Assembly (NCBI RefSeq): GCF_004010195.1
Contig: NC_057720.1
Coordinates: 26,823,153 to 26,887,152, forward strand
Direction: 5' to 3'
Origin: Chiloscyllium plagiosum
Taxonomy: Eukaryota
Length of the DNA: 64,000 bases
Below, one piece after another: positions 51,400 to 63,149 of the stretch (positions are counted from its first letter, which is position 1; the number at the start of each line of letters is the position of its first letter). The notes under the pieces are model-generated. The model was not told the DNA's origin. It did no database searches and saw only the letters and a list, made by a program, of their open reading frames with translations. Made by a program: the position numbers and the translations under genes.

Positions 51400-51760
51400 A
51401 GATAGTATATACTAGATCATATCAATGCTTTGTGAACAAAGAAAAACTCGTGTCCCTCTGGTCCTTTTGCCAATCATCTTAAATCTGTGTCCTCTGGCTA
51501 CTGACCCTTTTGTGAAAACAATTTCTCTTGTCTAATCTATAAAAAAACCCTCAGAATTAAATCTCCCTAACCTTCTCTGCTCTGAAGTAAACAATACCAG
51601 TTTCCTTAATCTCTCTGCAGAACTAGTATTATTCTAATAAATCTGCTCAGCACCCTCTCTAAAACCTTGTCATCCTTCTTAAAGCCTGGTACCCACAACT
51701 GAGCATAATACTCCAGCTACAATTTAACTTGTATTTTATAGTTTAGAATAACTTTTACTG
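51400..51760 (-). mobile_element. Decayed CR1 3' fragment
   Basis: aaatctgtgtcctctgg..aaatctccctaaccttctctgctct..ccacaactgagcataatactccagc. Confidence 0.75.
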
Positions 51761-51764
51761 ACCA

Positions 51765-53745
51765 GTGCTTGTCGGTGGAGGCAGAGGATCAACTCCAGTG
51801 CTGTCTAGAATTGGCTGATTGGGCCGTGTTCATACAGTCCACAGGTACCTTGAGCGAGTACACCACACCGTCACAGACTTTATCAGCAAGTGTGTGGAGG
51901 ACTGTATACCGAGGAAGTCAATCTGGGTGCTCCCCAACAGGAAACCATGGTTGAATCAGGACATTCAGAACTTGCTAAAAACCAGGCATGAGGCAGTCAG
52001 ATCAGGAGACCCACTCAACTATAAGAAATCCAAGAATGACCATCGCAAAGCCATTAAGACAGCCAAGGATCAATACCGATCCAAACTAGAGACCAGGACA
52101 GATACCCGCAAATATGGCAAAGATATGGCAAAGACTGAATGACATCATAGTTTCTAAAAGGCATTAGTCTGGTAGTGCAAGATAGAAGATGATGACATAT
52201 CCCTCCCAGATCGTCTCAACGCCTTCTATGCTCGCTTTGAGCAGAATTTCGGTGGAGAGGTAACACTTATACCAACAAGTCCTGACGAACCTATCCCAAC
52301 AGTCACTGCATCAGAGGTTAGATCAGTTTTCCTTCATGCGAATCCAAGGAAAGCGATGGGACCAGACGGAGTACCAGGCCGTGCACTCAGAGCATGCACA
52401 GATCAACTGGCAGAGGTCTTCTCGGACATCTTCAACCTCTCCCTGCAGCAGGCCACTGTCCCTGCCTGTTTCAAGAGGGCCAACCTCATCCCTGTGCCTA
52501 AAAAGGCTCATGCAACATGTCTTAATGAGTACCGCCCAGTGACCCTAACTCCGGTGGTCATGAAGTGCTTTGAAAGGCTATTCATGATATTAACCAACTC
52601 CAGCCTCCCTACTATTCTTCCATTCCAATTTGCCTATCAGACCAACAGATGCACGTCAGATACCATATCACTTGCCCTTCCCGAGAACATCTTGACACCA
52701 AGAACAGCTTCATAAGAATCCTACTCATTGAAGGCTGAACTGTAGTCAACACTATTATCCCCTTGAGACTGATTACTAAACTTAGTGATCTTGAACTAAG
52801 CCCCACTCTCTGCAACTGGATCCTTAATTTCCTGACCCACAGGCCACAATCAGTGAAGGTTGGGGGCAATATTTCATCGTCTCTGACACTCAACACTGAA
52901 GCTCCCCAGGCGTGCGTACTCTACTGTACTCACTGTATACCCATGACTGCATCACCAAATACCAGACTAATGCCATTTACAAGTTCACTGATGACACCAA
53001 CATAGTCGGTCAAATCTCAGATGGCGACAAAACAGACTACAGATGGGAGGTGGAAGACCTGGAAAAATGATGCACTGAGAACAACCTAGCTCTCAATGCT
53101 GGCAAAACCAAGAAACTCATTGTTGACTTTCAATGGCATATTACTCATGCCCCCTACATAGTAACAGCACAGAGGTGGGACGAGTGGAGAATGTCAAGCC
53201 TTTGGGAGTGGTCATCCAGAACAAGCTTTCTTGGACTCTTCATGTGGATGCACTGGTTACAAAGGCTCAACAATATCTCTTCTTCCTCAGGCAGCTGAGG
53301 AAATTTGGCATGACAGCAAATACCCCTGCCAATTTTTACAGTGCGCCATCGAGAACATTCTGTCTGGATGCATCGCTACCTGGTATGGTAACTGCACCAT
53401 TCAAGATCAGAGATGGTTACAGTGAGCGGTGAACTCGGCCCGGACAATCACAAAGGCCGACCTCCCATCTACAGAATCCATCTACCAGGCCCGCTGTCAA
53501 GGAAAGGCCGCCAGTATTCTCAAAGATCCATCCCACCCTAGCAATGTTTTTCGACATTGGGGAGAAGGTACAGAAGCCTGAACATACACACCAGCCGGTT
53601 TTGAAACAGTTTCTACTCTATTGTTGTTAGAATACTGAATGGACTCACAAACTCTTAACATTCACCTGTTTTTGCCGCTGTGTAGCTATTATTTACTATA
53701 TATGCTACTTAACTATGTGATCTGCATGTATTGCTCACAAGACCC
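51765..53745 (+). mobile_element. Rex1/Babar LINE ORF2 (RT), 5'-truncated, multiple frameshifts
   Basis: [89 protein letters not shown]. Confidence 0.93.
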
Positions 53746-55580
53746 TTGATTAAATGTTTTATTAAGCTATGTCTCTTGATTAAACTTAAAATATAATCCA
53801 TAAGTATTAATTTAACCTGGAGCAGTGTTTTGTAGAGGAATAAGACAGTGCTGTTTTCCGGGTCTGTAGATTGAAAGAAGCAAAAATGGCCCTTAGTAGA
53901 GTGATATTTTAGTCTTGTCTGTTATGGGAGTTTAGGGAGAGTTCAATGGTTACTGAGAATTATATCTGCAATAAATGCTGTTGGTTGCGAATCCTATCAG
54001 ATTAAATGGATCGGTTGGAGAGGCAGTTAGAGGCAATGAGGAATTTACAAGATCTAGGGGATATGATGGATAGCAGTTGTAGGAAGGGTGGAATGTCTCA
54101 GATACAGTCACATACATGTGTTAACTCCAGGAAAGGTAAGAGAGGTAGACACGTAATGCAGGAGACTTCTGTGGCTATCCCCATTTCAAACAAGTATGCT
54201 GTTTTGGAAAATGTAGGGGATGATGGACACTCAGGGGTACACAGCACGAACAGCCAAGTTTCTGGTATTAAGACTGACTCTAACATAATGAGAGGTACAT
54301 CGGGTTCCAAGCAATCGATTTTGTTCGGGGACTCGCTAGTCCGAGGTACAGACAGACATTTCTGTGGCCAGCAGCATAAAATCAGAATGGTGTGTTGCTT
54401 CCCTGGTGCCAGGATCAAGGATGTCTCAGAGGGTGCAGAATGTTCTCAAGGGGGAGCGAGCCCAGCAGGGGGTCATTGTACACATTGGAACAAATGATAT
54501 AGGAAGGGAAAAGGTAAAGATTCTGAAGGGAGATTACAGAGAGTTAGGCAGGAATTTAAAAAGGAGGTCCTGAAGGGTAGTAATATCTGGATTACTCCTG
54601 GTGCTACGAGCTAGTGAGGGCAGGAATAGGAGGATAGGCAGATTAATTCATGGCTGAGGAGTTGGTGTACGGGAGAAGGATTCACATTTTTGGATCATTG
54701 GAAGCTGTTTTGGGGTAGAAGTGACCTTTACAAGAAGGACGGATTGCACCTAAATTGGAAGGGGACCAATATACTGGCAGGGAAATTTGCTAGAACTGCT
54801 TGGGAAGATTTAAACTAGTAAGTTGGGGGGTGGGGGGGTGATGTGTTAGTGGGACCCAGGGAGAGAGTGAAGAAAGAGATCAATCTGAGACTGGTACAAT
54901 TGAGAACAAAGGTGAGTCAAACAGTCAGGGCAGACAGGGACAAAGTAGAGAACAAGGTAGGACTGATAAATTAAATTTATTTCAATGAAAGAGGCCTAAC
55001 AGGGAAGGCGGATGAACTCAGGGCATAGTTAGGAGCATGGGACTGGGATATCATAGCAATTACAGAAATATGGCTCATGGATGGACAGAACTGGCAGCTT
55101 AATGTTCCAGGATACAAATGCTACAGGAAGGACAGAATGGGAGGCAAGAGAGGAGGGGAAGTGGTGTTTTTGATAAGGGATAGCATTACAGCTGTACTTA
55201 GGGAGGATATTCCCAGAAATATATCCAGGGAAGTTATTTGGGTGGAATTGAGAAGTAAAGAAGGGATGATTACCTTATTGGGATTGTATTATAGCCCTCC
55301 TAATAGTCAGAGAGAAATTGAGAAACAAATTTGTAAGGTGATCTCAGTTATCTGTATTAATAGGGTGGTTATGTTAGGAGATTTTAACTTTCCAAACATC
55401 GACTGGGGCTGCCATAGTGTTAAGGATTTAGATGGAGAGGAATTTGTTAAGTGTGTACAAGAACATCTTCTGATTCAGTATGTGGATGTACCTACTAGAG
55501 AAGGTGCAAAACTTGACCTACTCTTGGGAAATAAGGCAGGGCAGATGACTGAGGTGTCAGAGGGGGTCCACTTTGGGGCA
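53745..55580 (+). mobile_element. CR1 fragment: partial 5'UTR, ORF1 (esterase-like) and APE endonuclease of ORF2; truncated at both ends
   Basis: GDSLVRGTD..MVCCFPGARI; VIVHIGTNDIG; DGLHLN; ITEIWL..GYKCYRKDR..LYYSPPNS..GDFNFPNIDW..PTREGAKLDLLL. Confidence 0.95.
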
Positions 55581-56569
55581 GCCTTTTCTTTACTATTAAT
55601 TTCCGCATTTTATCTTCTAAAGAGAAAAACTGAGGACCTGAGTAAACCTTTACAGTCATAAACAAGAGTATTCCCTTCACTGTTGTGAGACTACAGCTTG
55701 CAGAATCATTTAAATGTTCTACTCTAAACCTTCATGATTCTCAAGGCAGCCTGAGGATGTTCACCACGAATCCTTAAGGAAATGAAAATCCAGAAATTCT
55801 GATGGTAACAGTCATCTGTAACAAGCCAGTAGGTTTTCCCACAGCTCACATTTCCCATGATATTTTATTCTTATCCATCAGACTTTTGTGCATTGGGTAA
55901 AACCAGTATTGTGCCCATTTCTTAGCTCCATGACTGGCAAGTTGGATTAAAATTGCCACATTATTTATGCAAAAAATGTAAACGTTGATGATGTCATTGT
56001 TCTTTGTTTGTCATTGTTATGCTGAGAAGATCAGAATGGTGTCAAACCTATGTGCAACATGGAAGCAACCAATTATAACCGCTCCTCACTGACAGTGTAA
56101 TGGCACAGCAGCCACAGTAGATATGGCTGACATTCCCTCACACATACAACTCACCCTGATTTCTGTTTAACCACTGGACCACACAGTTTACTTGTTCCTT
56201 AGCTATATCCTGTCCACATTATCCTAACTCTGTTCCTAGTGCTCACTGGAGACACACAGCTTGTCATTGTATGTGATGTTCCCCTTCTGGACAGACAATC
56301 AACTGGGCAATTCCAAATGTGAGCTTTTATTTACAGACAGCAAATGCAAATGCAAATAAAATGAGTAGAGCCTGCAGTTCACCACCACAATGCAAACCAA
56401 ACATTTTGCAAACTGACCAATGACAATTCTACATTTCATGATGGTTTGCTACATGCAGCCTTCATCTACTGGAAGAGGGTACCAGTCAGGTCCTGTCTGG
56501 TTTGTAGTGCCTGATGCAGCTGAGCTCTATCAATCACAAAGATAACTACCTCCTCCCCAAGGTGGTCCT

Positions 56570-56835
56570 CCTCTTCAGAACATTGCTCCTGTTGTCACAA
56601 TTCCCCAGCATCTATCACATCTCCTCATTGCTTGCCTCAATTGTTCAGAGCACAGTACTACAGAATGATGCAGCACTATGTATGGCTGAGACTGGAGGGC
56701 TCCTGCAGACCGGTCCAGGATGTAGAACCACGTTTTCAGTCGACCCATTATCTGCTCCACCACAACCCTGGTCACAGCAAGATCACCAACTTGGGGAAGT
56801 ACCACACTGGCTGAGTGATCAACACATTCCATCAA
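56570..56835 (-). mobile_element. PIF/Harbinger (HARBI1-like) DDE transposase C-terminal remnant
   Basis: TRVVVEQIMGRLKTWFYILDRSAGALQSQP, matching TRxxxExxxGxLKxRFRCLDRSGGALQYxP. Confidence 0.75.
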
Positions 56836-57011
56836 AAAGAGAGGGCCTGCCACAGTCCTACCCCTTTCTCTTCCATCAATCATTCACATTTTCACTGCAG
56901 TCAGTGGAGTCCATCATGGTGCCTGATGTATAATGAAGTAACATTCCCCATCTCCCACAGCACCCTTGGCTTTTGGCCAATAATCACACCTTTTAAGTCA
57001 ATACCACTATG

Positions 57012-57103
57012 GATATAGGTTTGCTCGCTGAGCTGGAAGGTTTGTTTTCAGACGTTTCATCATCATACTAGGTAACATCTTCAGTGAGCTTCCGAATGAA
57101 GCA
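57012..57103 (-). mobile_element. Solo PLE terminal repeat (38160-like family) with HHR core
   Basis: Minus tcaCTGAAGAtgttacctagtatgatgatGAAAcgtctga; flanked by ccactat on both sides. Confidence 0.75.
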
Positions 57104-57459
57104 TTGCCACTATCTTTTACATCATTGAGATGTCATTGATAGACTTGCAAGCAACAACAGCATAGCGTAATTTGCCTTCAGCCAACATTTGAAACTTGAG
57201 CATGTTCACTCTGCAAGCATTGCAAATGGGTGAAAAGTTGATTGCAAATTAAACATAACTGCAGTTTGTGAATAAGTACTTCATGTAGTTGTCCTTTCAA
57301 TGTCCAAGCATCTAGCAAACGTGGACCATGCATTTTGCCCACCCAAGTGACAGTGTCCGTGTTCCTTCCTGGGCATTTTGCCAGTCATTTTTCAATTGTT
57401 CTTTCCATTCAGGAAAATGACACATGCTGCCAACCATCACAGAGAATACAGTCAGCACT

Positions 57460-58131
57460 GTCCTAAAGAAGGGTTTCACTCAAAATGTCAACTTCTTCAC
57501 ATCCTGATGCTACCTGGCTTGCTGTGTTCTTCTAGCCTCCTGCTGTGTATTTCAGATTCCAGCATTTGCATTGTTTTTTAATCACTAACCAGGCTCTTCC
57601 TGGACATCTTTGCCGAGCATCTTAGCAAGCCCCGCAGGGGCCAACTGGGCCTCCCATTCCCCACCCATTTTAATTGCCCTTCCCACTCCCTTTCTGACAT
57701 GTCCATTCTTGGCCTCCTCCATTGCCACAATGAACCAAACCACAAACCTCATCATCTGCCTGTACAGCCCACAGCCCAGAGAGCTCAAAATTGAGTTCTC
57801 CAATTTCAAACAATCTCCCTTCCCTTCCCCCGACTCTCTTCCCAGCCCTTCCCCCTCCATTCCACTTCTCTCAGCCACAAACCGGATTCATCCCTCCCAT
57901 TGACCAACCAGGTTGTACCCTTAACCTATCTTCATCTTTCCCCACTTCACCACCCTGCCCCCACCATCCCCTTTATCTGCAGCTCCCCCCATACCACCTC
58001 CAATCCTGAAAAAGGGTTATAGCTGAAACATTGACTTCTCCACCTCCTGATGCTACCTGGCTTGCTGTGTTCTTCCAGCCTCCTGCCTGTCTACTTTGGA
58101 TTCCAGCATCTGCCATTTTTTTTGCCTCTAA
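57460..58131 (+). mobile_element. Mini-PLE: pLTR, ~420 bp deleted body, pLTR
   Basis: Direct repeats at 57462-57590 and 58005-58131; body encodes a GIY-YIG C-terminal remnant (LYSPQPRELKIEFSNFK). Confidence 0.85.
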
Positions 58132-58974
58132 CGTTCCTGGACACCGGCTTTTCCCATCCCTGTGTCTTCACAGCCCCTCTTACCCCACTCCACCCATTCA
58201 CCTTTACGTGGAGACTCACCACATTGGATTGTCTTTCCTTCCCCGAACCTTAATGTTTCATGTTAATGATGCCCACATTGCTCCTCTGTAAAGGGTATTA
58301 TAGTGGCCACTCACCCATGCCTTGCCCTCAAATGCTGTTCTGCCTACCCCAATCTACTACAGCCACACCCCCATCACCATTCTTGCCCCCCACCCCCATA
58401 ACTGCCCCAATCCCTCTTCCTTGGTTGCCCATTGCACTCTCCTTAATAATCAATGCACAGAACCCTCGGATTGTATTCACCCCAAACTCTGCCTCCTTTC
58501 AATGCGCAGCCCGTAGGCCTGATGGACAGGCCACTGACTGCTGTGTTTGCACTGTCCTGATGGTGCACAATTCCCCCTCACTGATTGTGAGGGCCCCACA
58601 GGACTAAGCGTTACCCACTTCCTGGTCTATAATCGCACCGATCCCCTGAACATGATCAGCTGGCTGACTCCACACACACATCCATGGGCCTGAACATGAT
58701 CAATCATCTGACTGTGTATGTGGATTGTGCCCATGTCTGGAGGTACAGGGACGCCCTGATCAACAGCTGTCCCTTCTTCCCTGGGCTAAGGATGAGCTCC
58801 CACCCACTTTCTCACATGCCATTTGGTTGAATGAATGTAAAGTGTGCTTGCTACTCAGAGAGTTGGCACATGCTGTAGGTGCTAGAATTGCTATGCCATA
58901 CATCAGCATGTTCCCTCCCCCAGTGACAAGCAGCCTGTCTGTGTGCCTGCACAAAAAAAGCACATCAATTCAGT

Positions 58975-59190
58975 GACACTTGAAATAACTCCACAAAGGC
59001 CAGTATCTACTCCCCAAATCATCCTTTATCTACACGTGCATAGTACATGACCTTGACGCAGCTAGCTCAAAGCCATCTCCTAGAGTGAGCAAAACCCCTC
59101 TTTATATCTGTCAACCAGGCCTCCCTAATGGGACCAGGTTAACAGCCCCAGTCAGGAAACTCACATTCTATGACCTCACTCCAATCAGTA
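58975..59190 (-). mobile_element. Probable Gypsy-type solo LTR (17502 family)
   Basis: tttatatctgtcaaccaggcctccctaatgggaccaggttaacagcccc matches 17641-17690. Confidence 0.55.
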
Positions 59191-59387
59191 TAGGTTCTGG
59201 CTGAAGTGCCAACACACAACAGACATGGCATACCAAGGCAAGGATGTTGCAAGTGTGCAGGTAGGTACTAAGTCAGAGAGCAACCCTGAGATGTTGCCTG
59301 GTCCAATCTAGGGGCTGGGTGCCTGTCCCTGCACGCAAAGTGCCCTTGCAGCAGCCTAGCAATGCCAGATGCCGGGATGTTCTGCAA

Positions 59388-59566
59388 TAGATAGGCAGGA
59401 GGCTGGAAGAACACAGCAAGCCAGGCAGCATCAGGAGGTGGAGAAGTCAATGTTTTGAGTGTAACCCTACTTCAGGACTCAGAACTTTTTCAAAGTGGGC
59501 ATTCTTTGAAGAGACTTTGCAGTAGAACAAACTTGGTTAGAGACAAAAAAAAACAGCAGATGCTGG
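59388..59566 (-). mobile_element. Permuted PLE pLTR/ORF-start insertion
   Basis: Minus order: pLTR tail, atgcccactttgaaaaagttc (MPTLKKF), then the HHR half of the pLTR; imperfect flanking duplication at 59366-59387 and 59557-59577. Confidence 0.8.
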
Positions 59567-59839
59567 GTGTCCTGCAAGGCAAGTCTGTGCTTTCTAAGTT
59601 ACCTGCAATTGGAACAGAGAGGACATGAAGTCTGAGTAATTGGCAAACATTGGGTGCCAATGAGTAAGGACAAGGCATGCCTGTTGCTGGAACCCATGTG
59701 GCATTCCCTGAGATGCTGTTTGGTGCTGAGCAATATAGAGGCTGGTGAGCTGAAGTTATCAGATAACTACTCTGGCTTTCATATCGAGAATTCTCCATGT
59801 CTCGTGTGTTCAGTATGTTTAGTAAGATAGGAAGCTGAA

Positions 59840-60040
59840 ACTTTATTGCTGGAACAGCACAGCAGGTCAGGCAGCATCCAGGGAACAGGAGATTCGACGT
59901 TTCGGGCACAGGCCCTTCTTCAGGCCTGTGCCCGAAACGTCGAATCTCCTGTTCCCTGGATGCTGCCTGACCTGCTGTGCTGTTCCAGCAATAAAGTTTC
60001 AACTTTGATCTCCAGTATCTGCAGACCTCACTTTCTCCTC
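59840..60040. mobile_element. Young fold-back PLE pLTR insertion with 17-bp TSD
   Basis: Perfect inverted arms 59837-59914 and 59923-60000; TSD taagataggaagctgaa at 59823-59839 and 60041-60057. Confidence 0.95.
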
Positions 60041-61544
60041 TAAGATAGGAAGCTGAAGATTAAAAAGAGGCAAGTTGTGCTTACATTAAGACTGTTAACA
60101 ACCAATAACGCCCATTAATTGGCAACTTGCAACTGCTTAGTGAGAAACCTGCCTCACCACCCGATCAATGTTATAGCAAGTTGCTCCCAACATCAACACA
60201 CCGTCAGTGAACTTCTTGTGCATTTCTGAGAGAAAAGATCTCACCACAGTCCACATCATTCTGACTCCTAAAAGATTCTGCCAGTAACCTCAATTCATCT
60301 GATTCTTAATTTAGACTCTCTCTTTTTCTCACAAATTTCTTCCTCATTCCCTGATCCTTTTCTAACTGCTTTCCAGAGGAACATCAGTTAAACCCAACTT
60401 AACAGACTGTTCTGCCTACTGAATGAAGGATAGCATTACCCTGATAAAATACACAGAGGGCAGTCAGGAAATTATATTGTCAAGAAAGGTTGTGGAAATA
60501 GGTATGTTCTCTTCAGAAAATTGAAACCTTTGAAATTACTTCATAAAACATTTCAAAATTATGAAAATATTCAGAAACTTGAAGGCACTCAATCAATAAA
60601 TTGGCAGACTAATACTGACGGAATTTCACAGAATGAGTTTGCACAGACACCAGTACATGTCTGGACAGGAAGAGAAAATATTGGAGCAAATAGCAATGTC
60701 GGATAATGGACAGCAAATAACCACAGGAACGAACAAGTGTTACATATTTACAGTCTGGCAGCGGTTTTATTGTAGAAACCAGTTAGAAGAAATAACTGAT
60801 GCGAGATAAAGGTGTACGCAGTCCAATGTTCCTAACTGGGGTGTGACACTCAGAGTATGAATCTCCAGAACTTGCAGCTACAAAAGACCATAATTTTTCA
60901 CCCATTAATTACATTCTTTGCAAGCAATACACCTTAGGAGTATTGCTATATATTGCATGGCAATTAATTATGCAAGTATTCCAAAATGTTATCTCAAACT
61001 TAATTAGGAAGCAAACCAAACATTTGAGAATGCTCTGTGAGCTAAATCTTGCCATTAAAATAATGAAGAATTAACAATGCGTGCAGTTAATAATGCACAA
61101 ATCAAGCGGCAAGTTTAGGGGATGAAGAAATACACAGTGAACCTTCAGAACTTGCTACTCGATCTACACATTTCCACCATTGGTGGTATCTCCCTCAGCC
61201 TCTTCATTAATTTGAAGCATTTACTTGATGTCAGAGTCTCTTTAAAGCCTTAATTGTTAATGCAATGCCAATTTCTCTTGACCAGATATGGAATAATTTC
61301 AACTTTTGACTCTCACAGCTGCATGTTGTAATGTTTTGAAACTTTTAAAATGTTAAACTAAATTATTTCAATTCTTTTCTTCCATTTCCTTTCTGTCTCT
61401 GTTTTTTTCTGTCTCCTGACTCAAATCTGTTCTTCTATAATTCTTTCTGTGCTGCCTTTGACATAGCCTCCTTCCTGTCTGCTTTTTTCTCAAATATTAA
61501 ATCTCATCAGTTAAGGAGGTACTTTTAGTTCCATATTTCACTAA

Positions 61545-61675
61545 GACAGAGGTGGTGCTTGTATGGAACGAGCTGCCAGAAGTAGTAGTAGAGGCTTGTA
61601 CATTTAGAAGGTATCTGAATTGGAAGGATTTAGAGGGATATGGGCCAAATGCTGGCAAATGGGACTAGGTCAGAT
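61545..61675 (+). mobile_element. CR1 3' fragment
   Basis: gtatggaacgagctgccagaag..gagggatatgggccaaatgctggcaaatgggac. Confidence 0.8.
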
Positions 61676-62142
61676 CATGGAGTCCCTACAGTGGCCCTTC
61701 AGCCCAACTAGGTAAAAAGAAGGACTGCAGATACTGGAAACCAGAGTCTAGATTAGAGTGGTGCTGGAAAAGCACAGCAGGTCAGGCAGCACCTGAGGAG
61801 CAGGAAAATCGATGTTTCGGGCAAAAGCCCTTCAGTCAGCCCAACTAGCCCACATTGACCCCCTGGAGAGTATCCCACCCAAACCCATTGCTCTACAGGT
61901 ACTGCTAACGAATGCACCTAACCTACACATCCCTGAACAGTATGGGCAATTTAGCATGGCCAAATCACCTAACCTGCACATCTTTGGATTGTGGGGGGGG
62001 GGACGCCGGAGCACCCTGAGGAAATCAATGCAGACACAGAGAGAATGGGCAAACTGCACACAGACAGTTGCCCGAGGTTGAAATCGAACCCAGGTCCCTG
62101 GTGCTGTGTGACAGCAGCGCTAACCACTGAGCCACCGTGCCA
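61676..62142 (-). mobile_element. HE1-like SINE interrupted by a solo PLE pLTR
   Basis: Minus ggcacggtggctcagtggttagcgctgctg..gggttcgattt; core gggcaatttagcatggccaa. Confidence 0.9.
61712..61835 (-). mobile_element. Solo PLE pLTR with 13-bp TSD
   Basis: tcagcccaactag at 61699-61711 and 61836-61848. Confidence 0.92.
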
Positions 62143-63149
62143 GCCTATTTAGATTCAGAACCCTAATCTCAGAATCAATTACGTCACTCTCCACCTTGAA
62201 GAATAATTGCATCATATTATGGGCACTCGCCCCCAAATCTTGTGCAACCAGCCTGTCATTTATTCTTTTCTCATTACATAATGCCCTAAGATGGCCTGTA
62301 CTCCAGTTTGTTCTTCAATGTATTGGTCCAAGAAACATCTCATACGTACTTGGGATGTCTGTTCAGCATAGGGGCTGTTTCTGTGCTAGGTGATTCTATG
62401 ATACGGCTCCAGATATTCCATTGCCCTTAACTCACTTTTATCAACTCAAATTTTCAGCAATTTACAACTAAAAGAAATCTTTGAAATGAATAATGTAAGC
62501 AAAAGTAGAATGAGTAGTAAATATTGTGAGATACCTACTCTTGCCGTATTTGGCCTTATGATATGGATTCACATAAATTAAAAGCCAGTCTGTATATTTT
62601 GCCTATACCAATAGCAAGAAAAAAAAGGTGTCATGAGGAAAAATTAAAGAAAGCTTAATTTTTTTTTCAAATGTATTAAGAAAGAAATAGACAACAGCCA
62701 TCAAATCAATATGATACGGTGCTAAATGGTAACACTGAGGTTGTCATGACAATGGTTGTTTTGAAGCAAGTAATTTACTGGAATGTGCAGTTGCTTTAGG
62801 ATTACTTATTAAAATTGAGATTGGCAGTGAATTTCTGCTTGCCTACATACTTCTGTAAAGATTTTTATTTCATGAGTGTTGCCTTGTGATCTGAGTAATG
62901 TAACTAACTGCATAACAATAATTTTATGCCAAACATCACTGTGACAGTCTTGTATTTATATAGCACATTCCACAACCACAAGCCAATTGCATGGTATGAT
63001 ACAAAATCTGCAAAACCTTATTTGATGTGGTTGTACATGAGTTATTTGTTACACATAAAATGGATATTAAAAGCAAAGCTTTTATAGTGAATAAGAACAT
63101 AACAAATGGGAGCAGGAGTGGGCCATTCACCTGTCATTTATAAGGTAGC

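Noticed and set aside
59490..60002. 170-aa ORF
   Set aside because: Crosses unrelated insertions (fold-back pLTR and permuted pLTR); chance open frame
1367..61835. Recurrent ~90-bp repeat with internal palindrome as a possible CRISPR-like array
   Set aside because: Dispersed on both strands with no regular spacers, and attached to PLE 3' ends; eukaryotic context
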